A stretch of 64,000 nucleotides of DNA from Diplonema japonicum. Its lineage: Eukaryota; Protista; Euglenozoa: Diplonemea. Location of the stretch: NCBI GenBank assembly GCA_964019335.1, contig OZ025741.1, positions 322,391-386,390 on the forward strand, written 5' to 3'. The stretch's first letter is position 1, and the number at the start of each line of letters is the position of its first letter. Below are positions 23,030 to 34,570 of the stretch, piece after piece. Both the position numbers and the translations under genes were made by a program. Under the pieces are notes generated by a model. It did no database searches. It saw only the letters and a list, made by a program, of their open reading frames with translations, and was not told the DNA's origin.

Positions 23030-23628
23030 GCTTTAAAAATCCGATATTTTATTTTTATTTTATTTCCCGACGACAACTGGCAGTACATTGTTACCTGGAG
23101 ATTTGTGAAGGCTGAAGACAAATATAATTCAAATTAACATGCAATGACACTAATTTTTGAAATTGAGCCATTCTTATCGCTGGTAGCTGGTTTCTAGAGG
23201 GCAACACCAGCCTGAGAGAAGGCCAGCCTGTGGGGCGGGACAGCTTCACGAGAACTGGCTTTCGTGGTGACACTTTTTGGTTTTACTCTTTCAGAGCACA
23301 GGCTGGGCAACAGGCTCTCATTCTTGCATTGGACAAACGGCCCCACGTTGTTCTTTGTGCGGAAGACGTGCCCACTCCGCCTTGCGCATTGTAAAGTTCT
23401 AAAGAAAACATGAGGAAATAAATAAAGTACTTTATTTTCCCTAGGGAAAATAAAGTTCCCGGGGCTCTCAAAGGAAACAACAGGGGAGGGAAATAAAGTA
23501 AAAATAAAAAAAGGAAAAAAAATATAAAGTGGAACAACAACAAAGGAAGGGGGGGGGTGCAAAAAAAGGAATGAATGCCACCTGATGTAAATTTAAAAAA
23601 TACACAGGGGCACCTCCTGGTATGAGGG

Positions 23629-23659
<31 letters not shown>

Positions 23660-23754
23660 AGGAATACAGCAACCCTGTTGCTACACAGACCCTAATCTCT
23701 TCTTCTTTTCTTCTTCTTCTTCTTTTTTTTTTTTTAAAATTCATCTTTTGTCTC

Positions 23755-25195
23755 TTACCGCTGAAGGTCACGGTTATTTCTCGTCCAGCCCTCGGGCTTC
23801 CATGTGTTGATGTTCAAAGTGTAGCATTGTATGAAGTCACCAGTGTCCGTCTGTGGTAGTTGGTGTCAATGTTACCCTTTTCTCCTATACCTGGATGGGT
23901 GCCCTCACAAGCATATTAGATGTCGTGATATATTGCGGTACCTGTTGTGTTGTGTTGTGTTGTGTTGTGTTGTGTTGTGTTGTGTTGTGTTGTGTTGTGT
24001 TGTGTTGTGTTGTGTTGTGTTGTGTTGTGTTGTGTTGTGTTGTGTTGTGTTGTGTTGTGTTGTGTTGTGTTGTGTTGTGTTGTGTTGTGTTGTGTTGTGT
24101 TGTGTTGTGTTGTGTTGTGTTGTGTTGTGTTGTGTTGTGTTGTGTTGTGTTGTGTTGTGTTGTGTTGTGTTGTGTTGTGTTGTGTTGTGTTGTGTTGTGT
24201 TGTGTTGTGTTGTGTTGTGTTGTGTTGTGTTGTGTTGTGTTGTGTTGTGTTGTGTTGTGTTGTGTTGTGTTGTGTTGTGTTGTGTTGTGTTGTGTTGTGT
24301 TGTGTTGTGTTGTGTTGTGTTGTGTTGTGTTGTGTTGTGTTGTGTTGTGTTGTGTTGTGTTGCTGCCTACCGTCATGTTGGACTCCATCAGCTTCTTGAT
24401 GAACTCCGCAAGCGCAGGAATCGTGAAGTCAGGCATCTCGCCACCTTCGTAATCTGTCACCAATATCCCGTTCTGCTGGTGCCTGTCAGATTGATGTAAA
24501 AGAAAGATGCAAGGGTGTGTGTGTGTTGCCTCATACCCTCGGATGCAGTCGGGCGTGTTTTCTATTATAATCGTCCGGTCAAGATCCCTTCCGAGAACCC
24601 CCAAATCCTTTCTGTAACCCGCCTGTTTGATGTGTGTGTGTGGAGGAATGATATATATTTTTTATATTTTTTTTCTATTTGCCGACGTACCTGACCCGAG
24701 AACCACTTCGCGTGCCTATAGACACAGTGTTTTATGGCACCGATTTTGTCGATGTTCTTGATGATCGCCTTGGGGGGGGGGGGGGTTTTTTTCCCTCTTT
24801 TTTCTTTTGTTTTTGTTTTCATACTTGTGCATAGGCACGCAGACCGGCGGTCCACACCAGCGCTTCCACAGAGTCCTTGCAGAGGGTGAAGAGCTCCTCC
24901 AGTCCAGGCCTTGCGTACAGCGGCCCTTCTCTTGCGTAGATTAGTGTCTCGTCCAAGTCGAACACCACTGTGTATTTCCCCTTGTCTGCCTTGGCCTGTT
25001 TAGTGGTGGTGGCGAACATGAGAGTGTGCTCCATACCTGTGGGGGGATCATGTGCTTGGTGGGCTCGTGGAGCATCGATGGTGCCCTTCCCCTCCCCTTT
25101 GCCCTCCCAGCGGCCCCCTGGTACTCCTGCTTGAACGACACACCCCTTTTCCTTTGCCTCTCATTCGTGATCTTCGCTACCTCTGCGGAAGCCAT
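23755..25195 (-). CDS. NIF/FCP1-SCP (HAD, DxDxT) phosphatase, copy 1, 7 exons
   Basis: YTVVFDLDETLI, ARPGL, VWTAG, KDLGVLGRDLDRTIIIENTP; exons join across GT-AG introns to TAA at 23755. Confidence 0.88.
23943..24361. repeat. (TGTTG)n pentamer microsatellite, ~84 units, in intron 24370-23942
   Basis: Perfect tandem array bounded by GTAGGC donor and CAACAG acceptor on the minus strand. Confidence 0.97.
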
Positions 25196-25513
25196 TGTGT
25201 GGTTTCTTTTCTTTTTTTTTTTTTTTTGTTTTTTTTAACAAAGGGGCGCCAAAAAAAAAACTCTCTTAATTCCGTGTATACCCCAACACCCCTTTGGTGG
25301 TTTTTTCCCCCCCTCTCTATTTTTTTTTTCTTTTTTCCCTTCTTTTTTTAAAAGCAAAAATACCAAAATCCTCCACTTTTTTTTAGCACCTGCTGAAGCA
25401 GTGCTGTCGCTGATGCTAAGTGAATAGTATGGCAAAATTCCCGAATGTCGGGGGGGGGGACAAAAAATTAGGAAATTGGTCAGTCAGGCACCTTTTTCAT
25501 TTATACAGTATAT

Positions 25514-26523
25514 GAGCTCGTCCGGAAAAAAATGTCAACAAATGACCCTCCTATGCTGCAGAAAAACCCCGTTAAATTTCTAAGTAAAAAAGTAGTCCGG
25601 CACCACTTTATGTGCAGAAATGCAGTCTAATCTTGAACACCATATAGGTCAAAATGCTTGCCGTTTGTTTTATTTTTAAAACGCACGTGCAAAAACATGT
25701 TTTTTTAGAATGGTTTTTGGCAAACGATTCAATTTGGAAGTTACAAATAACCCAGACTCCATTTTTTATTTTCGTTTTTCCGTGAAAAGCGACAGGAGGA
25801 ATGGACGTAGATTGAAAATCTGTGAAACCTTTGGGGTCATTTTGGGTGGGCTGGACTCTAAATCACTATTAAAATGGGGTGAGGAGAACTTACCCTTAAA
25901 GTGCCATTTTGACCTATTTAAGGCTAAAATCCCTTTAAAACACCTTAAAAAAGCAAAATTTTCACTTTTAAAGTAATATGAGTGCAAAAGAAAAGGAAAA
26001 AACCTCAGCAGATGGGTAGAGAATGAAAGTTTGACCAAAGATACCAAAGCTCTGCATGAGCAGGCAAGTGTTAAGAATTGGTTTTTCTGAAAAAGGCCAA
26101 AATCCCTTAGGAACCCCTTGAAAAAGCCAAAAAATAGGGTGTAAAAAACCGGATTTTCGGGGGCTATGCGCCATATATTTTTCGCTAAGTACTTTTAACA
26201 GTAACCCGACCCTGGGTTGTACCCAGGGGTCACAAGTGCGCTTGATCACCAATTTTATGCACCCTAGAGGCTGCATTTTAAGCATTTTAAACATTTTTCG
26301 CCGTTTTTCTGACCTCTATTTTTCGCTTCCCGGGGGCAGCCGGTTGCAAAGCCTGCCACCCTCATGGCAAAACAAGCATCGCAATTGAGAGAACGGCGTC
26401 ATGTACACCATATATGTCATCTTCCTATGGTTGCATGCTGCCCTTTTTTTTGCTCAAATAATCAAAACAAGAAATTTTCGGAGGTGCCCAAAAAAGTGTT
26501 GACATTTTCGTCCGGACGAGCTA
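25514..26523. mobile_element. Non-autonomous DNA transposon (~1.0 kb), TIR GAGCTCGTCCGGA..AAAATGTCAAC, ATAT flanks (possibly Sola-like)
   Basis: Inverted termini with ATAT on both sides; an internally deleted, inverted copy lies at 53800-54284. Confidence 0.8.
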
Positions 26524-26785
26524 ATATATATATATATTTTTTTTTTTCTTCTCCTTTTCTCTCCCCCTTGTTGACAGCAAAAAAAAATAAAAATAAAAAA
26601 AAATGCAAAGTGAACGGTGTGCCCCCGATGGGCAGGCAAGAAACAAAAGAATAAGGGACAAAAAAAAAAGAGGAAAAAGTCACAAAGGTGAACAGAATGG
26701 GTATGGGGGGGGGGGGGCATTTCGGATTTTCTTTAAAAAAGGTAAAAGAAACAAAAAAACAAAAAACAAAAAAGAAATTGACATT

Positions 26786-26836
<51 letters not shown>

Positions 26837-27612
26837 CATTGTCTTCTTTTCTTTTTTTTTTCTCTTTTGTTGTGTTTTTTGCGCGAGCCCGCTTTTCCTG
26901 CCCAGCTATCTCTCTTCACTCCCCCCCCCCTCCCCCCTCCCCCTCCCATTTTTTTCCATCTTTTTTTTTTTAAAAATACAATTGATAAATACTATGCGTA
27001 AGAAACCAAAACAAAAGAAGAGAGAAAAAAAAAGGGGGGGAAAGAAGAATAAAGAAGAACAAAGAAGTGTTTGTGTGTGGGGTGGGGGGCAAAAAGAAGA
27101 AGAAAGGGGTCAACATAAACAACGGCAACAACTTGATCAACAAACCCATATTCGTTTCCCCCCTTCTTTCCTGTTCATCAAAAAGCAACCTTAGCATACA
27201 AGGAGGGGGAAAAGAGTGCGGAGGTAAACGGAAAAAAAAGGGAGTGTGAAAAAAAAAATATTTTTGCTACATGGGACTGAAGGGCGGGGGATAAAAAAGG
27301 GGGGAAAGTAATAGATTCGATACTTGTCACTTTTTTCTCTCTTTTTTTTTTTTTTTTTTTTTCCTCGTTCTTTTTTTTCCCGCCCCAAGCAGAGAAGCGC
27401 TCGGGGGTTGGAAGAAAAGAAATCAATGTAGAAACCTAATAAAAAGTGGAAATTCTTTGCTCGGCACAAAGGTTGACAAGTTCTAGACAACATTTCTTTC
27501 TTCTTTTTTTTTTTCTTTTTTTTTTCTCAAATTGTATTTGAAAAAAGGGGGGAGGGGGGAAATTTTAAAAAGAGTTTACGGGCTGGGGGTTGAACCGGTA
27601 CATTGTTCACAC

Positions 27613-27682
<70 letters not shown>

Positions 27683-28105
27683 ATATCACAAAAGAACAAG
27701 AAAAAAAAGGCATGGAACATGCACCAATCGGTGCAATAGTTGGAAAGGGGGCAAAAAAAGAAAAAAAAGAAAAAAAAGTAAAATACTTGTGACTATGATG
27801 GGGGAAGGGGGTTCGAAAGCACCCCACCAAAAGAAAGCTCATCTCATCCCTCCCCTCTTTTTTATTATTTTTTTCCCCCTCCCCTGAGAACGAAAGAAAT
27901 AGACCCAAGATAAAAAAAGGGAAAGAGAGCAGGAGGGGAGGGGGGGGGGGGGGGGGGGGGGGGGGTAATCGTGAGGCCTTGAGGGAGCGAGGCCGGGATG
28001 GAAAATTTCCCTTCCCTCCCTTTTGGTTTTTTGTTTTTCCCGTTCAAATTCAAAAAAAAAAAAATTCAATAAAGTGGAAGCAGGGGGGAGGGACAGGGAA
28101 CACTC

Positions 28106-28155
<50 letters not shown>

Positions 28156-28241
28156 AATAATAATAAATAAAGAAAACAAAGCAAAACGAAAGAGGGAGCG
28201 GAGGAGGCTGGGAGGAATTACCGAAAACTCTCCCTCTTTTC

Positions 28242-29611
28242 TTACCGCTGAAGGTCACGGTTATTCCTCGTCCAGCCCTCGGGCTTCCATGTGTTGATGT
28301 TCAAAGTGTAGCATTGTATGAAGTCACCAGTGTCCGTCTGTGGTAGTTGGTGTCAATGTTACCCTTTTCTCCTATACCTGGATGGGTGCCCTCACAAGCA
28401 TATTAGATGTCGTGATATATTGCGGTACCTGTTGTGTTGTGTTGTGTTGTGTTGTGTTGTGTTGTGTTGTGTTGTGTTGTGTTGTGTTGTGTTGTGTTGT
28501 GTTGTGTTGTGTTGTGTTGTGTTGTGTTGTGTTGTGTTGTGTTGTGTTGTGTTGTGTTGTGTTGTGTTGTGTTGTGTTGTGTTGTGTTGTGTTGTGTTGT
28601 GTTGTGTTGTGTTGTGTTGTGTTGTGTTGTGTTGTGTTGTGTTGTGTTGTGTTGTGTTGTGTTGTGTTGTGTTGTGTTGTGTTGTGTTGTGTTGTGTTGT
28701 GTTGTGTTGTGTTGTGTTGTGTTGTGTTGTGTTGTGTTGTGTTGTGTTGTGTTGTGTTGTGTTGTGTTGTGTTGCTGCCTACCGTCATGTTGGACTCCAT
28801 CAGCTTCTTGATGAACTCCGCAAGCGCAGGAATCGTGAAGTCAGGCATCTCGCCACCTTCGTAATCTGTCACCAATATCCCGTTCTGCTGGTGCCTGTCA
28901 GATTGATGTAAAGGAAGTGTGTGTGTATGTGTGTGTGTGTGTGTGTTGCCTCATACCCTCGGATGCAGTCGGGCGTGTTTTCTATTATAATCGTCCGGTC
29001 AAGATCCCTTCCGAGAACCCCCAAATCCTTTCTGTAACCCGCCTGTTTGATGTGTGTGTGTGGAGGAATGATATATATTTTTTATATTTTTTTTCTATTT
29101 GCCGACGTACCTGACCCGAGAACCACTTCGCGTGCCTATAGACACAGTGTTTTATGGCACCGATTTTGTCGATGTTCTTGATGATCGCCTTGGGGGGGGG
29201 GGGGGTTTTTTCCCTCTTTTTTCTTTTGTTTTTGTTTTCATACTTGTGCATAGGCACGCAGACCGGCGGTCCACACCAGCGCTTCCACAGAGTCCTTGCA
29301 GAGGGTGAAGAGCTCCTCCAGTCCAGGCCTTGCGTACAGCGGCCCTTCTCTTGCGTAGATTAGTGTCTCGTCCAAGTCGAACACCACTGTGTATTTCCCC
29401 TTGTCTGCCTTGGCCTGTTTAGTGGTGGTGGCGAACATGAGAGTGTGCTCCATACCTGTGGGGGGATCATGTGCTTGGTGGGCTCGTGGAGCATCGATGG
29501 TGCCCTTCCCCTCCCCTTTGCCCTCCCAGCGGCCCCCTGGTACTCCTGCTTGAACGACACACCCCTTTTCCTTTGCCTCTCATTCGTGATCTTCGCTACC
29601 TCCTCGGACAT
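28242..29611 (-). CDS. NIF/FCP1-SCP phosphatase, copy 2 (tandem paralogue)
   Basis: Near-identical exons and introns to 23755-25195; different first codons (MSEEVAK vs MASAEVAK). Confidence 0.86.
28430..28773. repeat. (TGTTG)n microsatellite, ~69 units, in intron 28782-28429
   Basis: Perfect tandem array at the same intron position as in copy 1. Confidence 0.97.
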
Positions 29612-30384
29612 GTCCCCCTTGTTCCCGTCTGCATGGGAAAGGAAAAGGTGAAAAAAAATGTGTAGCGGGCGGGGGGTAAACCACGACCAACAGAAATTCG
29701 ACAAAGTTTCAGTGTGCACGGCTGCTGTCTGGTGCCTGCGGTGGCTGTCTGGTGCCTGCGGTGGCTGTTTGTCGCGTTGAGATGGCGAGAAACAAGAGGG
29801 GCGGTTTGACTCGAGAGAAAAGTCTCATGTCATAGCCACTGGAAGCTGTGCCCCCTTTGCGACACTAGACGCATCGCATTCTAGTGGCCTTCACCGTGAG
29901 CGAGCCTTGATCGTCAAGCGGCCTATGAGCGACCTCCCTTCGCTTCAGGACGTGCAGAGACAAATACAAGGAGGCCTCGTGGGACGGGAACCCCTCGACT
30001 CGGGCACCACTCCCAGACCTCTGCCCGGATTCTTCACCCGCAGAGGGTGCTTCGTCATTTCTGTTCGACTTGCAGACGTGATCGCAGGTGCCACCTCTGG
30101 TCCAGCTCTCCCGACACATCCGAATGCACAGTAAACACCGCTGCCTCACCCTAAAGGCGATCAGAAAAGAAAAGAAAAAAAAGAGAGAGAAAGAAAACAC
30201 AAAGAAAGTAAAGAAGGAATAATAAAATAAAATAAAAAAAAAAATTCAAAGTACAAGCCTAGAGGGGGCCAGCCCCTATTATTAAATAAAAAAAAAAAAA
30301 AAAAGAAAAAAAAAATAACTGAACACATCACCACCATGGAAATGGAGGACCCACCCTACCCACCTACCCCTTTGTACTATATGG

Positions 30385-32145
30385 TCAACACACGTTGTCC
30401 TTGTTCTTCGACGGGCTTTCAACACCCGCGTAACTTGCAAGACTTCTGGGGCTTGTGAGCTTCCATGGGCTCTTTGGACTTTGTATGTTGTCAAACCCCC
30501 CGTTCTTACCGTGGCCAGCTGCGGGCCTTGTATCCTGATCAGCAAGCAGCCCTCGTAGGGGGACGCTTTTTGTGGTGTTGGGTGAGTTTTGAACGGTGCA
30601 GGCAACCACCAAACTGAGAGAGTGGAGGGAAGCGATGAGATCGGTCTGCGCGGAAAGAGAATCCGAGCAAATCACAATCCTGAAGGCATCGGGGGGACGG
30701 GTCACTTGTGGGTAGAGAACCCACGACGATGCAGGCAGTCCGGTGATGGAAAAACACAAGCTTTCAACGCACTGAGCCGAGTAGTATTCGACCGAACAGA
30801 GACCATCACGGCATTGAGAACAGGCTTCATCCCTTGCTTCAAAAGAATCAAGGACGACACCGAAAGAAACAGCAAAGTCTTGCTCCATATCAGGATGTTC
30901 CTTCAACCTATCTACCTGGAAATCGACAACGCTGAGTAACGGTGGGTATGTCCCGATAATTCCCTGAACGGTGACCTGCTTGAACTCCCCATCGAATAAA
31001 AAAATGGCGTCTTTTGAGGGGGGGATCAATGGGTTGGCGATGACGGTCGCACCTAAGTCCTCATCAACGTTCTGTTGGGTTTCTTCATAAATTTCCATCG
31101 CGGTCCGAAAATTCTGAGAGATCATAAGAACGGGGAACGAGAGCAACAAGGTACCGGTGACTATGCACAAAGAGGTAACAAGCTTTCCAAGAATCGTAAA
31201 TGGAACCTGGTCACCATACCCTACCGTTGTAAGAGTTACCACGGTGAACCAGAATGTGGCGGGTATTGATGAGAACGGGGATTCTGTTCCATCGTCTCGA
31301 ATCCATGTTCGGGTTGGTTCATCAAAGTGCGATCCGGTCTGTTCAGCCATGAACAGGACTGATGAAAATAGAATGGTGGCAACGAAGAACAGAACGAATA
31401 GAAGAGTCACGCTCTGCAGGCTGACAGACAATGCGTAGAAGACAACCCACACCGTCTTCGAATATTGCCCGATCTTAAATACTCGCAAAACGCGAACCAA
31501 CCTCAACGCTCTCAGGAACACCAATGAAAACGACGAAGAGCTTCCTGCAACGACCATCGTCAGCTTAATATAAAACGGAAGGATTGCCAAGAGATCAATC
31601 GTGTTGAAAAAGTCGGTGACAAAGCTCTTTTTATCATAAGTAAGAGCGAATCTAGACAGGTACTCCAGGGTGAACACCGCAATGCAGTAGTACTCAACAT
31701 GCTCGAAAATTGTTTTTGCAGCATTATCTGAGTCGTACCTCGGCATGGTTTCCATGCAAAACACAACCACTGAGAGCAGAATGGTCAGAAACACAATGAT
31801 GGTCACGGTGGTGGAAATATTGTTTACAACGGTGGAGTCGGTCCCTGTTCCGTCGACGATGCTTAAGAGCAAGTCTCGTGTGGTTGGTTTTTCCTTCTGA
31901 TCGGAGTCGTTTGACACGGTGGATTCGAGGTCCGAGTTTTTGCTTCTGGTAGCGATTGATTTCTTTTGTTTTCGGCCCCTTCTTGCCTTCGACATGAAGA
32001 TTTTCTGCATTTCTTCCTTATCCATCACGAAGGACTCCCTGCGCATCCTGCTGGCATCGCTTGCGTTTGGGTTGTTCGTCACGCTGCACACGGACTGCTC
32101 GCCATAGTGAAAACTCCCTTCCGAGGTTGTGTCTACTATTTCCAT
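30385..32145 (-). CDS. Voltage-gated potassium channel (6TM Kv-like, no obvious T1 domain)
   Basis: S4 FLRALRLVRVLRVFK, pore TLTTVGYGD, S3 IDLLAILPFY; ATG at 32145 (MEIVDT). Confidence 0.92.
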   Translation of the reverse strand: MEIVDTTSEGSFHYGEQSVCSVTNNPNASDASRMRRESFVMDKEEMQKIFMSKARRGRKQKKSIATRSKNSDLESTVSNDSDQKEKPTTRDLLLSIVDGTGTDSTVVNNISTTVTIIVFLTILLSVVVFCMETMPRYDSDNAAKTIFEHVEYYCIAVFTLEYLSRFALTYDKKSFVTDFFNTIDLLAILPFYIKLTMVVAGSSSSFSLVFLRALRLVRVLRVFKIGQYSKTVWVVFYALSVSLQSVTLLFVLFFVATILFSSVLFMAEQTGSHFDEPTRTWIRDDGTESPFSSIPATFWFTVVTLTTVGYGDQVPFTILGKLVTSLCIVTGTLLLSFPVLMISQNFRTAMEIYEETQQNVDEDLGATVIANPLIPPSKDAIFLFDGEFKQVTVQGIIGTYPPLLSVVDFQVDRLKEHPDMEQDFAVSFGVVLDSFEARDEACSQCRDGLCSVEYYSAQCVESLCFSITGLPASSWVLYPQVTRPPDAFRIVICSDSLSAQTDLIASLHSLSLVVACTVQNSPNTTKSVPLRGLLADQDTRPAAGHGKNGGFDNIQSPKSPWKLTSPRSLASYAGVESPSKNKDNVC

Positions 32146-32224
32146 TTTGTGATTTCTCGGGTTTGCTTCTTCATTTTCCCACCCCCTTTGACAACCTTTT
32201 TTTTTTTTTTTTTTTTTTTTTTGT

Positions 32225-32269
<45 letters not shown>

Positions 32270-32348
32270 GGGCAGAAAAAAAAAAATAGGGGTGAGGGGG
32301 AACGGGTGAAAAACATAGACCAACAATAAAAAAAAAAAAGATCCTCAT

Positions 32349-32387
<39 letters not shown>

Positions 32388-32646
32388 CTTCTTTCTTTTT
32401 TTTTTTTCTTTGTAAGATAGTAGGTTGTTATTATGTCCCCTCCTTTTTTTTAAAAAAGGAGACCCCCCCTAACTCCCCCCTTCCCTTTTTACTTCTTTTC
32501 TTCTTTCAAAAAAAAAACTATATATTTTAGTATTGCAAACCGCGTCCCATGGTATACTTTACCCTGGAAAGAAGGAGGAGGGGGGGGGGGGGGGGGGGAG
32601 AAGAAGAATAAGGAAAGGTGCAAGAGGGTATCTCCCTCCATCCTTT

Positions 32647-32677
<31 letters not shown>

Positions 32678-32820
32678 TGTAGTAACCTAAAAAAAACAAC
32701 CTTTTTTTTCTCTCAGGGATAAAAAAAAAAAAAAAAAAAAAAAAAAAGGCTAGGAAGAATAATAATAATAATAAAAAAAGACACTAAAAAAGAAAAAAAA
32801 AAAAAAATCTCCTCCTCAAT

Positions 32821-34428
32821 CTAAAAATCAGCTTCGGGTTGTTTTCTCACCGCAGACACCGATTTTGATTCGTCGCCCTTCCGTTGTTCAGTTGTAGATG
32901 TGACCGCGATGTCCATGGGCTGGTTCGAATCATCGAAGTTCTTACGGTTGTTGTCCAGATCTGCGAGTTCCATGTCCAAGGCCTCACCTGCTTCCTGGAA
33001 GTCCTCTTCTTCCAGATGCGTGTAAGGGTTCTCCTTCATCGGCCGGAACTTCAACCCAACAAAGACGAAGCACACCAACGTAGCCAGCTCCGTCAGTACA
33101 GGGGGGATCCACGTGTTGTCGTACTTCACCTGCTCAGTCAGCACCATTCCACAGATAATCGTTTTGAAGTAAATGTAGATGACAATCGCAAGGTAAAGGG
33201 TTCGGAACTATTTTTTTTTTTCTTTTTTTAAAATTTCCCCCCTCTTTCCAAACCTGTTTCATTCTGGCCAGGTTTCTCGCCACCTTTCCGTCACTGCTCT
33301 GCGCGTTTCTAATTTGCTTCACGCTCCACAGGATGGGTACCATGACTATCAAACAGCATGCCATGTCCAACACACTCAGGAAATTCTAATTTTTTTTTTT
33401 TTTTTTTTTTTTTTCCATACCTGCCACTTATCCCATTCAGAGTCGCCGTCTCTCAAGTGATCTACCACGATCCACAGAATGTTGATGAAAAGCTGCAGGG
33501 GGATCACCACCAAAAGGATCTTCTTGTCCCTAGGATGCAGGTACGGCTTCAAGAACGACCACCCCGACCCGATCAGCGCAATCACCGCAAACAGCAGCGT
33601 CCCCTTCAACGCAAGGAAAGTATAGTACATGTAATCATAGAAAGATGACATGTTACCTTCCTCTTGGTAGTGCTTGTATCTGAAGGTCTCGAAAAACAAC
33701 GTACCAGATTTCAGGAAGAGTGCTAGTGCCATGAGAAAGTGGATTTTGTGAAGGTGGTCCTTGTTGTTTGACATCCAATGGCCCCACTTAACGAGGAGTC
33801 CGAAGAACACGATGGCGAAGAACATAAACGCTAAAGGTAGGATCTCATCGCCGTAGGAAAGGTAATTTCTTGCTGTTCCCACCTTGTTATACTCACTAAC
33901 ACGGACCTCAAGGTTCATATTGCTGGAGGAGTCAGTGTCGGTCTGGCATTTGAACATCAACAGCTTCCAAAATCCAGGGTCCGCGCTTTTAGTGAAGGTC
34001 ACCTTGCCGCTGTAGACTGCAGGGGCTTGTTTTACCTCGTCACTGCCGCTGCCGCTGCTGCCCTCCTTCGATGCGGGTACTAACTTCATTTTCAACCTTT
34101 TCAAGGTTTTTGTTGTGGCATTGGAGCAGGCCATCTCTGGTGAGAGAGTATAATCGGACCCCAGAGTCTCTATTTTGACCAAGAAGAAGGTGAAGCCTTC
34201 GTTGCTGTCGTTGGGGTAGATTAGTTGGCTGGAGTCCATTTTGTCGTTCAGATTTCGGACCGTGACCTCGCACACCCCTGCGTGCGAGTAGCCGAAGACG
34301 CCAAGTTCTGCTTTTCTTTTTCCGTCCGTGGGGTCGTCCTTGACAGTGTACTTTCCTCCATGGATAGTTCCCTCTGACTTGCATACCAACACACCTAGCA
34401 ATGCTATTGCAAATTGTAGTTGTTTCAT
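32821..34428 (-). CDS. GPR107: GPR107/108-like GOST (lung 7TM) protein; exons 34428-33421, 33385-33254, 33207-32821
   Basis: Signal peptide; YLSYGD..LP, HKIHFLM, LIGSGWSFLKPYL..DKKIL..VIPLQ, DGKVARNL, KFRP..ENPY; two GT-AG introns join three ORFs. Confidence 0.88.
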
Positions 34429-34570
34429 TTGTATATATTTATTTTTTTTTCCTCTCTGTTTGATGTTGTTGTATTGAGGAGAGAAGAAAGAAGGGGGGGG
34501 GAAAATAATTCTTTTTATGACTATATATCTTTGTTGTTAGCACGAGCAAAAAAAAAAGGGTATTTTTTAA

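Noticed and set aside
23943-24361. Interstitial telomeric repeat
   Set aside because: The unit TGTTG is not the TTAGGG known from Euglenozoa, and it sits at the same intron position in both paralogues
23831-24499. (CCVVL)n proteins or a CRISPR-like array
   Set aside because: This is a pure pentamer microsatellite without spacers, inside an intron on the opposite strand
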